Assembly: GCA_963663235.2 (NCBI GenBank)
Contig: CAXXNO010000012.1
Span: 32,001 to 96,000, forward strand
Direction of reading: 5' to 3'
DNA from: Dehalococcoidia bacterium
GTDB taxonomy: Bacteria; Chloroflexota; Dehalococcoidia; Bin125
DNA length: 64,000 nucleotides
Shown: positions 47,882 to 58,053 of the stretch, piece by piece
Numbering within the stretch: the stretch's first letter is position 1
Layout: each line of letters opens with the position of its first letter
Notes under the pieces: generated by a model
Seen by the model: only the letters and a program-made list of their open reading frames with translations
Databases searched by the model: none
Told to the model about the DNA's origin: nothing
Position numbers and translations under genes: made by a program

Positions 47882-48679
47882 GTGGCCGTTCCCGAGACGC
47901 GGGCCGAAGCGGCCGACCTCCTGGGCGTGCCACTCGACGCGCCGACCGACTTGGTCAACGATCGATACCGCGGCCTGGCGCGGATCTACCATCCGGATCT
48001 GAATCCGGACGACCCGGTTACGGGCCTGCGGATGCAGGAGCTGAACGCTGCGCGCGAGTTGCTGCTGGGAGCCCGCCATCCCGGCGACGGACCGTGGCGG
48101 GGCGAGGAAGAGAGAGGCGTACGCCCCACGCGCCCGCCCTCGCGTTCGCCCTCGCGTTCGCGAAGGGACGATGAACCGATCAAGCGGACGATGCATCAGA
48201 TGCCGTACGGCATCTACATCATCGGCTCGGCGCGGGACGGGGAGCCCAACGGCATGATCGCCGACTGGGTGATGCAGGTATCGTTCGAGCCGCGACTGGT
48301 AGCCGTTGCCTTCGAGAACGACGCCTACAGCTTGCAGAGCGTCCGCAGGAACCCGGCGTTCACCGTCAACCTCCTGGCGGAGGACGGAATGGACCTCGCG
48401 GCGCGCTTTCTGCAGCCTCGCGACGGTTCGAAGATCGGAGGGCGTAGCGCGAAGGCGGCGGCCCAAACTCATGCGAAGCTCGCCGGTGTGCCCCACCGGA
48501 CGACCGCACACGGCTGTCCGATCCTGGAGGGTGCGCTCTCGTGGCTCGATTGTGAAGTGGAGCAATTCACCCCAGCGGGCGACCACACGTTGGTGCTGGG
48601 CCACGTTGTCGACGGCGCCGTGCTGCGCAGCCTGGAGGCACTCACCTCAACACAAACCGGGTGGAGCTACAGCGGGTAA
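47882..48679 (+). CDS. J-domain + flavin reductase-like fusion protein
   Basis: [11 protein letters not shown]...MQELNAA (DnaJ), then [27 protein letters not shown]. Confidence 0.75.
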   Translation: MAVPETRAEAADLLGVPLDAPTDLVNDRYRGLARIYHPDLNPDDPVTGLRMQELNAARELLLGARHPGDGPWRGEEERGVRPTRPPSRSPSRSRRDDEPIKRTMHQMPYGIYIIGSARDGEPNGMIADWVMQVSFEPRLVAVAFENDAYSLQSVRRNPAFTVNLLAEDGMDLAARFLQPRDGSKIGGRSAKAAAQTHAKLAGVPHRTTAHGCPILEGALSWLDCEVEQFTPAGDHTLVLGHVVDGAVLRSLEALTSTQTGWSYSG

Positions 48680-50164
48680 GTCACACTCAGAAGTATCCGT
48701 GGCTCCGGGAGCGACGACCTCCAACCGTTCTCCAGCGGCGGCGATGCGGAACGGGCCGTCGGCGTCCCTCTCCGCCTCAGGATCACCGTGGTGCGACCAA
48801 GGGCTCCCGGGTTGGGCGAGCATCTTCCGCAGTTCCGCCTCGTAGAAGAACTCGGGCTCCCCAAAGGCGGGCTGCAAGTCGTCGAGCCAGCGGGCGGTCG
48901 GGCTGTATTCCGCGAAGAACGGCCGGCCGACCCAGGCGGAATCGCGGGCTTGCACCATCCGCAGGACGAAGACTTTCTGGCCCGCGACCTCCGAAACGCC
49001 CAACACCTGCACCTTACCGGGGGTGGCGGACATGCTGGGCCCGCGGACGGTCCGGGCCACACCGCTGACCGCGCTGTAGGCATCTCGGAAGAGTTCCCAG
49101 CAGCGCTCGAGCGGCAGATCGAAGTAACGCTGCGCGCCGGTATCGCGGGCGACGAAAAGGTAGTAAGGGATGCAGCCGACCTGGGTCTGACGCCGCCACA
49201 TCTCCGCCAGCACATCAGCGTCGGCGTTGATGTGGCGCAGAAGCGGGGTCTGCGTGCGGATCTGCACACCCACACCGCGCAGTCTGGCAATGGCGTCCAG
49301 CGTCGGCGCCGGCTCCAGTTCTACGCCGTGGTTGAAGTGGGCCATGAAAGCGAGTTGCCGGCCGGAGGCTACGACCCGCGCGAAGAGATCGAGGAGCTCA
49401 TCGGCGTCATCGTGGGTCGTGAAGCGGTAGGGCCAGTAGGCCAAGGCCTTGGAGCCAATGCGAATGGTGCGCACGTTGGGGGCAGCGCCCAGCGCCAAGA
49501 AGGGCTCCAGATAGGCGCGCAGCACTCTGGTCTTCATGATCATGGGATCGCCGCCGGGGAAGAGGATGTCACTCACCTCCGGGTGCGCTTCCGCGTAGTC
49601 CCGGAGTAGCTCCGCTTCCGTCATGGCGAACTTGAGGCCGTCCATGCCCACGAACTGCGGCCAGCGAAAACAGAACGTGCAGTAGGCGTGACAGGTCTGC
49701 CCCTGGCTGAGGAAGAACAGCACCGTCTCCCGGTACTTGTGCTGCATGCCGGGCAGCGGCCGGCCGTTGAGACGGGGCACGTTGTGCTCCATCTGGCCGG
49801 CCGGGTGCGGGTTGAGCCTGAGCCGGATCTCGCCGGCCGCCGCCTTGAGCTCCGCCATCGAGGCGCCGGTCGCGAGCAGATGGGAAATGCGGTCGTAGTG
49901 GGCCGGCTCCAGCATGTCGCGCTGGGGGAAGGTGAGCCGGTAGATGGGATCGTCGGGCACGCGACTCCAGTCGATCAGGTGTTCCACGACGAAACGGTTC
50001 GACTTGAAGGGCAGGACGCGTCCCACGACGTCGATGTCCCGCCGGAACTCCGCGGGCAGCGCCCGGATTTGGGGCACCGACTCGAAATTCTTGAGGGTGA
50101 TCGCTTCGTAGCGCTCCGCCGTGGCCTGCTCAGCGCCGGACCTGGAATCAACAATCGCGACCAT
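48647..50164 (-). CDS. KamA-family radical SAM protein (amino-acid 2,3-aminomutase-like)
   Basis: HKYRETVL, CHAYCTFC.R, GGDP, HFNH, PYY.F, SATPGK. Confidence 0.88.
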   Translation of the reverse strand: MVAIVDSRSGAEQATAERYEAITLKNFESVPQIRALPAEFRRDIDVVGRVLPFKSNRFVVEHLIDWSRVPDDPIYRLTFPQRDMLEPAHYDRISHLLATGASMAELKAAAGEIRLRLNPHPAGQMEHNVPRLNGRPLPGMQHKYRETVLFFLSQGQTCHAYCTFCFRWPQFVGMDGLKFAMTEAELLRDYAEAHPEVSDILFPGGDPMIMKTRVLRAYLEPFLALGAAPNVRTIRIGSKALAYWPYRFTTHDDADELLDLFARVVASGRQLAFMAHFNHGVELEPAPTLDAIARLRGVGVQIRTQTPLLRHINADADVLAEMWRRQTQVGCIPYYLFVARDTGAQRYFDLPLERCWELFRDAYSAVSGVARTVRGPSMSATPGKVQVLGVSEVAGQKVFVLRMVQARDSAWVGRPFFAEYSPTARWLDDLQPAFGEPEFFYEAELRKMLAQPGSPWSHHGDPEAERDADGPFRIAAAGERLEVVAPGATDTSECDLPAVAPPGLC

Positions 50165-50277
50165 CACACCCCTCCAACCTGCGGCGCGGGCGCGCCGGAG
50201 CACTCACGGAGTCACCCTGAGCAGCCGCCAGCCGCTCGGGCAATTCCATACCGGTTATTTTAGGGGCTTCGCCCCCT

Positions 50278-50410
50278 GTTGCGCCTACGGGGTTAGCTGT
50301 CGGATTCGGCTACAGGGTCGCCTACCGGCCTCTGCGGACTGCGAGCGCCGGATTCACCCCAATCGAATGGTTCCCCCGTCCCCGCCTGCATGAGGCGGGG
50401 TTCGGCATGC
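50278..50410 (-). ncRNA. Cyclic di-AMP (ydaO/yuaA) riboswitch
   Basis: Minus strand GCCGAACCCC...GGGGGAACCA...TGGGGTGAATC...GGTAGG...CCGAATCCGACAGCTAACCCCGTAGGC matches the remembered class consensus; extended -10 TGGTACGAT just upstream. Confidence 0.85.
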
Positions 50411-50639
50411 AGCTCGATCGTACCAAATGGACGCGGCCGCCACAGTAACGGCAATTACGTGCCCTCCGGGGCCGGGTCTCCGCCCCTGCGAGCGGCGTAC
50501 CATCGAGCGTATCGGATCGTTATGTCGCTATACCATACGTAGCGGCGGTTTTTGGCTCGCAGCGGGAAAAAACCGCAGCGCCGGGCCGTCCAGATGGGGC
50601 GGGGGCCAGATCAGGCCCAAGGTGACAGAAACTGGCATG

Positions 50640-50672
50640 TTTCCGCCACGTTTGCGCCACGATTCCGCCACG
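50640..50672. repeat. Three tandem 11-bp direct repeats
   Basis: TTTCCGCCACG TTTGCGCCACG ATTCCGCCACG. Confidence 0.75.
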
Positions 50673-50755
50673 TTCTTGCAGGCTCTTGCACGCACCCGTC
50701 GGACTGCCGTACCGGTCCGGGAGCGCTCAACTCCCACCCAAGCGGGGGCGAGAGC

Positions 50756-50778
50756 CGAACTGTTGTTCTATTATACCA
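50756..50778 (-). promoter_or_regulatory. Extended -10 promoter followed by a LexA box
   Basis: Minus strand TG-G-TATAAT directly followed by AGAAC-AACA-GTTCG. Confidence 0.65.
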
Positions 50779-50849
50779 CATAATCCGATACCCGATGGGC
50801 CGCGCCGAGCGCCCGGGAATCGCCGGGCGGGGGTCCGCCTTGCAACCCG

Positions 50850-51167
50850 CTACGGCTCGAGCTTCTCGCCCCAGTGCACCCGAACGGAGTCCGGATCGGC
50901 GAGACGCATGAACCCCTCGTATGCCGGCTTCACTTCCGGAAGGTCGTTGACCTTGAGCCAGGCCTCCCAGCTTTCGACCTCGATGTCTTCGATGATCGTG
51001 AAGTCAGGCTCGCCCTTGCCGGCGCCGCGCACCTCGAAGATCTCGTAGCGGAGCACGCCGGGGGCCGCGCCGGCGTGCGGTTGATCCACTTCGCGGGACC
51101 ACTTGCGGTACTCCTCCATCGTGGTGGCCGGCTTGAGGTTGTACGAGATGAAGACCCGAACGGACAT
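50850..51167 (-). CDS. EthD/HapK-like dimeric alpha-beta barrel protein
   Basis: YNLKP...EEYRKWSREVDQP, IIEDIEVESWE; RBS GGAG. Confidence 0.7.
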   Translation of the reverse strand: MSVRVFISYNLKPATTMEEYRKWSREVDQPHAGAAPGVLRYEIFEVRGAGKGEPDFTIIEDIEVESWEAWLKVNDLPEVKPAYEGFMRLADPDSVRVHWGEKLEP

Positions 51168-51329
51168 GGCATGCTCTCCTTTGTTGCATGGAGCCTGGCG
51201 TTGCATGGAGCCTGGACCCGGACCGTGAGAGGGCGAGTCGCGCGATAGTCTAGTCGTCGCGCCGGGCGCTGCGAAGCCCTTCCGTCGGCGGGGTGCGTCC
51301 CTGACGCGGGGAACATAGGCTGGTATCGG

Positions 51330-52112
51330 ATGAGTGACGCGCCCGACTCCTGGAACCCGGAGCAGTACACGCGCTTCCGCGCGGAGCGCAGCCGTCCCGG
51401 TCACGACTTGGCCGCCTTGGTCCAGCATCGCCCAGGGATGCGCGTTCTGGACATGGGCTGCGGCAACGGTGAGCTCACGGCCTGGCTGCACGAGCGTCTG
51501 GCCGCGCAGGAGACTATCGGTATTGACCGATCAGAAAAGATGCTGGCGGCCGCGCGGCAGCAAGCGGTGGCGGGACTACGTTTCGAGCGCGGAGACATTG
51601 CGACGTACCGACCCGAGACGCCCGTGGACCTCGTCTTCTCCAACGCCGCCCTGCCATGGTTGCCCGACCAGGCCGCTCAGCTATCGCGCATGCGCACGCT
51701 CCTCACGCCCGGCGGGCAACTGGCCGTGCAAGTAGCGTCGATGGATGACCACCCGTCGCACACCGTCGCCTTCCAGATCGCCGCGGAGGAGCCGTTCGCC
51801 AGCGCGCTGGGGGACGGGGCCTGGCCCCAGTCGACGCTAGCGCCCGAGCGCTACCTGGCCCTGCTGGTGGAGCTGGGCTTCATAGAGCAGCACGTGCGCC
51901 TGCAGGTCTACCCACATTCGTTGCCGAATACCGGCACATTGGTCGAGTGGGTCAGCGGAACGCTGCTGGTGGCCTACCGCTCGCGTCTGCCAGTCGCCGT
52001 CTTCGACGACTTCCTGCGCATCTACCGAGACCGGCTGCTGGCGGTGGTCGGCGACGTTGCGCCCTACCTCTACGCCTACAAGCGTGTCCTGATCTGGGGC
52101 CGGATGCCGTGA
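51330..52112 (+). CDS. tam: Trans-aconitate 2-methyltransferase
   Basis: [33 protein letters not shown]. Confidence 0.85.
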   Translation: MSDAPDSWNPEQYTRFRAERSRPGHDLAALVQHRPGMRVLDMGCGNGELTAWLHERLAAQETIGIDRSEKMLAAARQQAVAGLRFERGDIATYRPETPVDLVFSNAALPWLPDQAAQLSRMRTLLTPGGQLAVQVASMDDHPSHTVAFQIAAEEPFASALGDGAWPQSTLAPERYLALLVELGFIEQHVRLQVYPHSLPNTGTLVEWVSGTLLVAYRSRLPVAVFDDFLRIYRDRLLAVVGDVAPYLYAYKRVLIWGRMP

Positions 52113-52146
52113 GACGTCCTGCCGGCGCGACCGCGCCACGCCTATC

Positions 52147-53658
52147 ATGGAGCCCGCCATGACCACCGAAACCGCGCCGAGCGACGCCCCGTCCGAATAC
52201 GAAACCGTGATCGGGCTGGAAGTCCACACGCAGCTCCACACGGACAGCAAGATGTTCTGTCGCTGTCGAGCGGACTACGCCCAGGCGGAGCCGAACACGC
52301 ACGTCTGCCCCGTCTGCCTGGGGATGCCCGGCGTCCTGCCGGTGATCAACGAACGCGCCGTCGAATGGACGATCAAAACGGCGCTGGCGCTGGACTTGGC
52401 GATCCCCTCGGAGTCCAAGTTCGATCGCAAGAACTACCCGTACCCCGATCTCATGAAGGGGTACCAGATCAGCCAGTACGACCTTCCCTTGAGCGTCAAC
52501 GGCCACCTCGACATCGAAGTCGAGGGTCAGACGCGGCGCATTGGGATCACGCGCGTGCACCTGGAAGAGGACACAGCCCGGCTGTTGCATCGGACGGACG
52601 AGGCCGGCGAATCGTACTCGCTGCTCGACGTGAACCGCAGTGGGGCGCCGTTGATGGAGGTCGTATCCGAGCCGGATCTGCGCAGCCCCGAGGAGGCCCG
52701 GGCGTACCTGGTCGCGCTGCGCCAGATCCTGCGCTACCTGGGTGTCAGCACCGCGAACATGGAAGAGGGATCCTTCCGCTGCGACGCCAACATCTCCCTC
52801 CGGCCCAAGGGCGCGGAGCGCCTGGGGGCCAAGGTGGAGATCAAGAACATGAACTCGTTCCGCGCCGTGTACAAGGCCCTGGAGCACGAAATTGGACGGC
52901 AGACCGCGGCGCTGCGGGCAGAAGAGTCCATTGAGCAGGAGACGCGCGGCTGGGTGGAGGATCGCGAAGTCACCGTCTCCCAGCGGTCCAAGGAACACGC
53001 GCACGACTATCGCTATTTCCCGGAGCCCGACCTGCCGCCGCTGCGCATAAGCCGCGAGCGGGTGGAGGCGATCCGGGCGACGCTGCCCGAGCTGCCGGCC
53101 GCCAAGCGCCGGCGCTTCGCTCAGCAGTACGGCCTGGGCGACTTCGAAGCCAATCTCCTGACGGAAGAGCGGCAAAAGGCGGACTACTTTGAGGCGGCGG
53201 TGGGCACGTTCGATGGCGGCGCATCCGCCGCCCAAGCGAAGGCCGTGGCCAACTGGATGGCCGGAGAGATGGCCCGCCTCATGAACGACACCGACCAGGA
53301 GATCAACGAAGTGAAGATCGAGCCGGCCCACCTGGCCGAGCTCGTCGACCTGGTCGATGCCGGGACAGTTAGCCACAAACTGGGGAAGATCGTCTTCGAA
53401 ACGATGTACCAGACAGGGAAGGCCCCGAAGGAGATCGTCAAAGAGTCGGGCCAGACGCAGATCAGCGGCGAAGGCGAATTGCGCGCCATCATCCAGCGAG
53501 TGATCTCGGAACAGCCGCGGGCGGTCGGTGACTATCGGAGCGGGAAAGAAGAATCGGCCAAGTTCCTCATCGGGCAGGTTATGAAAGCCACCCGCGGCCG
53601 CGCCAACCCGCAGGCAGCGGACCAGCTCCTGCGCGAAATCCTTCACGAATCAGCCTAG
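52147..53658 (+). CDS. gatB: Asp/Glu-tRNA amidotransferase subunit B
   Basis: [37 protein letters not shown]. Confidence 0.97.
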   Translation: MEPAMTTETAPSDAPSEYETVIGLEVHTQLHTDSKMFCRCRADYAQAEPNTHVCPVCLGMPGVLPVINERAVEWTIKTALALDLAIPSESKFDRKNYPYPDLMKGYQISQYDLPLSVNGHLDIEVEGQTRRIGITRVHLEEDTARLLHRTDEAGESYSLLDVNRSGAPLMEVVSEPDLRSPEEARAYLVALRQILRYLGVSTANMEEGSFRCDANISLRPKGAERLGAKVEIKNMNSFRAVYKALEHEIGRQTAALRAEESIEQETRGWVEDREVTVSQRSKEHAHDYRYFPEPDLPPLRISRERVEAIRATLPELPAAKRRRFAQQYGLGDFEANLLTEERQKADYFEAAVGTFDGGASAAQAKAVANWMAGEMARLMNDTDQEINEVKIEPAHLAELVDLVDAGTVSHKLGKIVFETMYQTGKAPKEIVKESGQTQISGEGELRAIIQRVISEQPRAVGDYRSGKEESAKFLIGQVMKATRGRANPQAADQLLREILHESA

Positions 53659-53753
53659 AGCGGGGGGAACCTCGCGCCGTCGCTCGACGTTACGTCGGAG
53701 GGGCGGCGGGCTGCCATGGCAGCCAAGCAGGACGCCGCGTATAGTGCCGACCG

Positions 53754-55106
53754 ATGCACTGGATGCGCGACCCAGATATGCGCAAGTGGCTGGTCCCCGG
53801 CATGGGGGTCAAGCGCTGGCTGCTGCTGCTCGTTCTGGGGATGGGCGTGCTGGGGCTGGGCGTCTCCTACCTCGCGCGGGAAGCGTACTTGGTCTGGACC
53901 CTCCCAGACGCCTTCTACTACATCACCCTCCAGTTCATGCCGCGGGTACTCCGTGCGACGCTGTTCATCATCGTCGCGTTCAGCTTCGTGGGACTGGGCT
54001 TCTGGAAGTTCAACGCCGCTGTGCTCTCCGCCGTGCGGCAGCATGACGGCGCGAATGGCAACGGGGGCGAACGGCTGGTGAACCTGGTCTACCGCCACCG
54101 TTTCGGGTCACGCGGGCCGCGCGTGGTCACCATGGGCGGCGGCACGGGGATGTCTGTGTTGCTCCGCGGCCTCAAGGAGTACACGACGAACCTGACAGCG
54201 GTGGTGACCGTCGCGGACGACGGAGGATCATCAGGCCGGTTGCGGCGTGAGTTAGGCGTGATTCCGCCTGGGGACGTGCGTAATTGCATCGCCGCCCTCG
54301 CGGACGCCGAGCCGCTCATGACCAAGCTCTTTCAGTACCGCTTCCCCGACAGCTCAGGCGAAGGGCTGAAGGGCCACTCGTTCGGGAACCTCTTCATCGT
54401 GGCGCTGTCCGAGATCACCGGCAGCATGGAAGAGGCGATCCACGAGACCAGCCGGGTCTTGGCCGTGCGCGGGCAGATTCTGCCGTCCACACTCGAAGAC
54501 GTGACGCTGGTGGCTCGAACGCGAGAGGGGCGATCGATCCGAGGCGAATCGAAGATCAGCAGCGCCAACAGCGAGATCCGGGAGTTGGCTCTGGAGCCGG
54601 CGATTCCGGCCGCGTATCCGGATGCGGTCAACGCCGTCCGCAACGCGGACCTCATTGTCGTGGGGCCGGGCAGCCTCTATACCAGCGTGCTCCCCAACCT
54701 GTTGGTGCGGGACATTCGCATCGCATTCCAGGAATCAACGGCGATGAAGCTCTACGTGTGCAACGTCGCCACGCAGCACGGTGAGACCGAGCACTTTTCC
54801 GTGGAGGACCACGAAGCTGCCATCCGGGAGCACATCGGGGGAGGACCGTTCGATTTCGTGATCGCGAACACCAACCTGGTCTCGCATCACCCAGAGCAGT
54901 GGCTGTCGGAGCCGGTGCGCCTCGCGCGCAGCGAGGAATCGGAGATCGACGGGGCTCGGATCATCGCCGCGGACGTCATCGACGAGCGCAACCGCTACCG
55001 GCACGATCCGCAGAAGCTAGCAGACGTGATCTTGAACCTCTACCATGAGCAGGGCGAAGCAGCGCCTCGCCGGCCCGACGTCGATTCGATTCTGGCCGGC
55101 ATCTAG
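53754..55106 (+). CDS. yvcK: YvcK/CofD-family gluconeogenesis factor with N-terminal TM region
   Basis: GGGTG, DDGGSSGRLR, PPGD.RN, GHSFGNL, GPGSLYTS, RHD. Confidence 0.92.
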   Translation: MHWMRDPDMRKWLVPGMGVKRWLLLLVLGMGVLGLGVSYLAREAYLVWTLPDAFYYITLQFMPRVLRATLFIIVAFSFVGLGFWKFNAAVLSAVRQHDGANGNGGERLVNLVYRHRFGSRGPRVVTMGGGTGMSVLLRGLKEYTTNLTAVVTVADDGGSSGRLRRELGVIPPGDVRNCIAALADAEPLMTKLFQYRFPDSSGEGLKGHSFGNLFIVALSEITGSMEEAIHETSRVLAVRGQILPSTLEDVTLVARTREGRSIRGESKISSANSEIRELALEPAIPAAYPDAVNAVRNADLIVVGPGSLYTSVLPNLLVRDIRIAFQESTAMKLYVCNVATQHGETEHFSVEDHEAAIREHIGGGPFDFVIANTNLVSHHPEQWLSEPVRLARSEESEIDGARIIAADVIDERNRYRHDPQKLADVILNLYHEQGEAAPRRPDVDSILAGI

Positions 55107-55127
55107 CGTTCCGACAGAAAGATCCTG

Positions 55128-55346
55128 GTGTCCGGCGCGGAAGTCCTCAACATCTTCCAGATCCTGATCGCGCTCGTCCTGATCGCGTCCGTACTCATGC
55201 AGGCGAAAGGCGCGGGGCTGGGCAACATCTTCGGCAGCGAGCCAAGCTTCCGGACGCGACGTGGCATTGAGCGTGGACTTTTCCGCGGGACCATCGTCTT
55301 GATGATCGTCTTCGTCGTCGTCTCTATCGCCGCCGTTCGCGTCTGA
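55128..55346 (+). CDS. secG: Preprotein translocase SecG
   Basis: Two TM helices flanking QAKGAGLGNIFG...TRRG.E. Confidence 0.88.
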   Translation: MSGAEVLNIFQILIALVLIASVLMQAKGAGLGNIFGSEPSFRTRRGIERGLFRGTIVLMIVFVVVSIAAVRV

Positions 55347-55365
55347 CCCCCCGGGCCGGTCCAGC

Positions 55366-56196
55366 ATGAGGCGCAGCGGTATCGTGAGCCTCACGACCGA
55401 CTTCGGCGTCGATGACCCGTACGTCAGCCAGATCCAGGCCGTGGTGATCGCCCGTTTTCCCGCCGGACGCGTCATCGACGTGAGCCACGCCGTGCCTCCG
55501 GGCGACCTAGAGAGCGCCTTGTTCTTCACGGAAAGCGCCTGGCCGCACTTTGCCCGAGGCACCGTGCATGTGGTGGTCGTGGACCCGGGTGTGGGAAGCG
55601 GCCGCCCACTCATCGCCGTCCGCACCGACCGTGCCTACCTGGTCGGGCCGGACAGCGGCGTCCTGAGCAGCGCCCTGCCGACGAGCGTCCGACCGGCCGA
55701 CGGCGTGCAGCGGGTTCCGCCGCCGCCGACGGTCACCGCCGTCGAGATCAGCGATTCGCCACAGCGACTCGATCCGGTGTCGGCCACGTTTCACGGCCGC
55801 GACATCATGGCGCCGGTCGCCGCAGCGCTGGCCGCCGGGGCAGAACTCGATGAGGTGGGCAGCCCGATCGCCAGCTTGACGCTGGCGCCGCCGCTTGCGG
55901 CGGCGGTGGTCGATGGTGAAGCGAGCGGCCGGATCATCCATATCGACCGGTTCGGCAACGCGATCACCAACATTCGGACGGATACGGCCGGTCCCGCTTT
56001 CGAACTGGAGGTGGAGCGCGTGCGCATCGCGGGGCCGGCTCGCGCCTATCACGAGCCCTCCGTGGATGAGGGTGCGCCCCAGGCGCTGGCGATCGGGGGA
56101 AGCAGCGGCTACCTGGAGATCGCTTGGCCCGACGGCAGCGCCGCGGCGCGCTTGCGGTTGCGCCGTGGACAGCCGGTACGGCTCCGGCGCAGATAA
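55366..56196 (+). CDS. SAM hydroxide adenosyltransferase (DUF62)
   Basis: LTTDFG, VVDPGVG, TFHGRD, IDRFGN. Confidence 0.9.
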   Translation: MRRSGIVSLTTDFGVDDPYVSQIQAVVIARFPAGRVIDVSHAVPPGDLESALFFTESAWPHFARGTVHVVVVDPGVGSGRPLIAVRTDRAYLVGPDSGVLSSALPTSVRPADGVQRVPPPPTVTAVEISDSPQRLDPVSATFHGRDIMAPVAAALAAGAELDEVGSPIASLTLAPPLAAAVVDGEASGRIIHIDRFGNAITNIRTDTAGPAFELEVERVRIAGPARAYHEPSVDEGAPQALAIGGSSGYLEIAWPDGSAAARLRLRRGQPVRLRRR

Positions 56197-56236
56197 GGTC
56201 CGAGCATCGTCCATTCTTGGGGCCTATTCTTGGACC

Positions 56237-57175
56237 ATGAACCTCACCCGGGTCGCCTTCTTCGGCTCGCCGGAGTTCGCGGTACCGACGCTGCAAGCGT
56301 TGATCGACAGTCCCTACCGGCCGGTGGTGGTGGTGACGCAACCGGACCGGCCGGCAGGCCGGTCGCGGGCGCTGCGGCCACCCCCAGCGAAGCAGACGGC
56401 GCAGGCCGCGGACGTCCCCGTCCTGCAACCAGAACGGCTGCGCGACCCCGCGGCGGCTGCCGCTCTCGCTGCCTACGAGCCGGAGTTGCAGATCGTCTGC
56501 GCCTACGGCCAAATCCTGCGCCGGGACGTGCTGGACCTGCCGCGCCACGGCACGCTCAACGTCCACGCGTCGCTGCTGCCGCGCTGGCGGGGCGCCTCAC
56601 CCATTGCGGCGGCGATCCGGGCCGGCGACGCAGAGACCGGGGTGACGATCATGCTGGTCGGCGAAGGGGTCGACACCGGCCCGATGCTGACGAGGCGCCG
56701 CGAGCCGATCGATCACGAGGACGATGCCGGCAGCCTGAGCGAGCGCCTGGCCACGCTGGGGGCGTCGCTCCTCCTGGAAACGATGCCCAATTGGATCGCG
56801 GGTGATCTGGCCGCGGAGCCGCAGGATGATCGCCTGGCCACGCTCGCCCCGCGGCTGCAGAAAGAGGAGGGGCGGATCGACTGGTCGCAGCCGGCGATCG
56901 ACATCTGGCGGCAGGTCCGGGCGCTTTCGCCGTGGCCCGGGGCCACGACCATGCTCGACGGCGTTGCGTTGCGGATCCGGCGTGCGCGCCCCGCAGAACC
57001 TGCCGAGGGTGATGGGCCACCAGGCCGGATCCTGGCCGTCGACGAGACGATCGGAGTCCAGACCGGCGCCGGCGTGTTACTTCTGGAAGAGGTGCAGCGG
57101 GAAGGCCGGCGGGCCATGGCGGCGGCGGCGTTCGCCCGGGGGAAGCGTGACCTCGTCGGCCAGCGCTTGGAGTGA
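56237..57175 (+). CDS. fmt: Methionyl-tRNA formyltransferase
   Basis: FFGSPEFA, TQPDRP, AYGQIL, NVHASLLPRWRGA. Confidence 0.95.
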   Translation: MNLTRVAFFGSPEFAVPTLQALIDSPYRPVVVVTQPDRPAGRSRALRPPPAKQTAQAADVPVLQPERLRDPAAAAALAAYEPELQIVCAYGQILRRDVLDLPRHGTLNVHASLLPRWRGASPIAAAIRAGDAETGVTIMLVGEGVDTGPMLTRRREPIDHEDDAGSLSERLATLGASLLLETMPNWIAGDLAAEPQDDRLATLAPRLQKEEGRIDWSQPAIDIWRQVRALSPWPGATTMLDGVALRIRRARPAEPAEGDGPPGRILAVDETIGVQTGAGVLLLEEVQREGRRAMAAAAFARGKRDLVGQRLE

Positions 57176-57215
57176 CCGCGACGCGACCAGACGGGGGACA
57201 GGGCCAGGGGCGGCC

Positions 57216-57896
57216 CTACTCTGACGCGGAAGGCTCTCCGGCGGCCGACGCCTCTTCCCCCTCGGCGGATGGCTCCTCGCCCTCGGCGAGCTCCTCGCCC
57301 TCGACGGGCTCCTCCTCCGTCACCGGCTCCTCGAGGACCCTGGGCGCCTGCACGGCGACAACGACCGCCACGCCATCGGTGAGGATCCGGACGCCGGGCG
57401 GGACCGGGAGATCGCGCACGTGGACCGAATCGCCGAACTCCAGCAAGCCCGACAGGCCGACCACGAAACTCTCCGGGATCTCGTTGGGCAACGCTTCCAC
57501 CTCTATCGCAGCGAGAGTGTGCACCAAGACGCCGCCATTGTGCACCGCTTCGGATTCCCCGGTGAGGAGCACCGACACGGCCGCGTGGACGGGGCGGCTG
57601 AGGTCGACTTGGTAGAGATCGATGTGCTGGACTTCGTCGGTCACGGGATGGCGCTGCACGGAGCGGAGGATGACCGGCCGCGCCTTATCTTCGCCTGCGA
57701 CTTGGAGGCTGATCACGGCGTTGCGACCGCGTGCGCGGAAGACTCGGCGGAACTCGTTGAGGGGCGCCTGCACGGCGACGGAGGGCAACCCCCGGCCGTA
57801 GAGGTTGCCGGGGACGATGCCGTCTCGACGAAGGCGGCGCACCTTCTTGCCGGTCACCTGTCGCGGCTCCACCACGAGCGTCCCATCATCAGCCAC
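57216..57896 (-). CDS. rplY: 50S ribosomal protein L25
   Basis: GKKVRRLRRDG.VP...YG, QRHP, HID; acidic tail. Confidence 0.93.
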   Translation of the reverse strand: MADDGTLVVEPRQVTGKKVRRLRRDGIVPGNLYGRGLPSVAVQAPLNEFRRVFRARGRNAVISLQVAGEDKARPVILRSVQRHPVTDEVQHIDLYQVDLSRPVHAAVSVLLTGESEAVHNGGVLVHTLAAIEVEALPNEIPESFVVGLSGLLEFGDSVHVRDLPVPPGVRILTDGVAVVVAVQAPRVLEEPVTEEEPVEGEELAEGEEPSAEGEEASAAGEPSASE

Positions 57897-58053
57897 GGCC
57901 AGCCCTCCCCTACTCGTTTTCCCCACGATTGGACGCTAACCGCCGCGCCCGAGCCGGTCAAGAAAACAGGCTACCGCTGTCACGGCGAGCAGTTCTATCA
58001 TCAGTGACGCGGTCAGCGTCCGCCTTGGGTGAGGGGCGCGGAGGAGACGGGTC

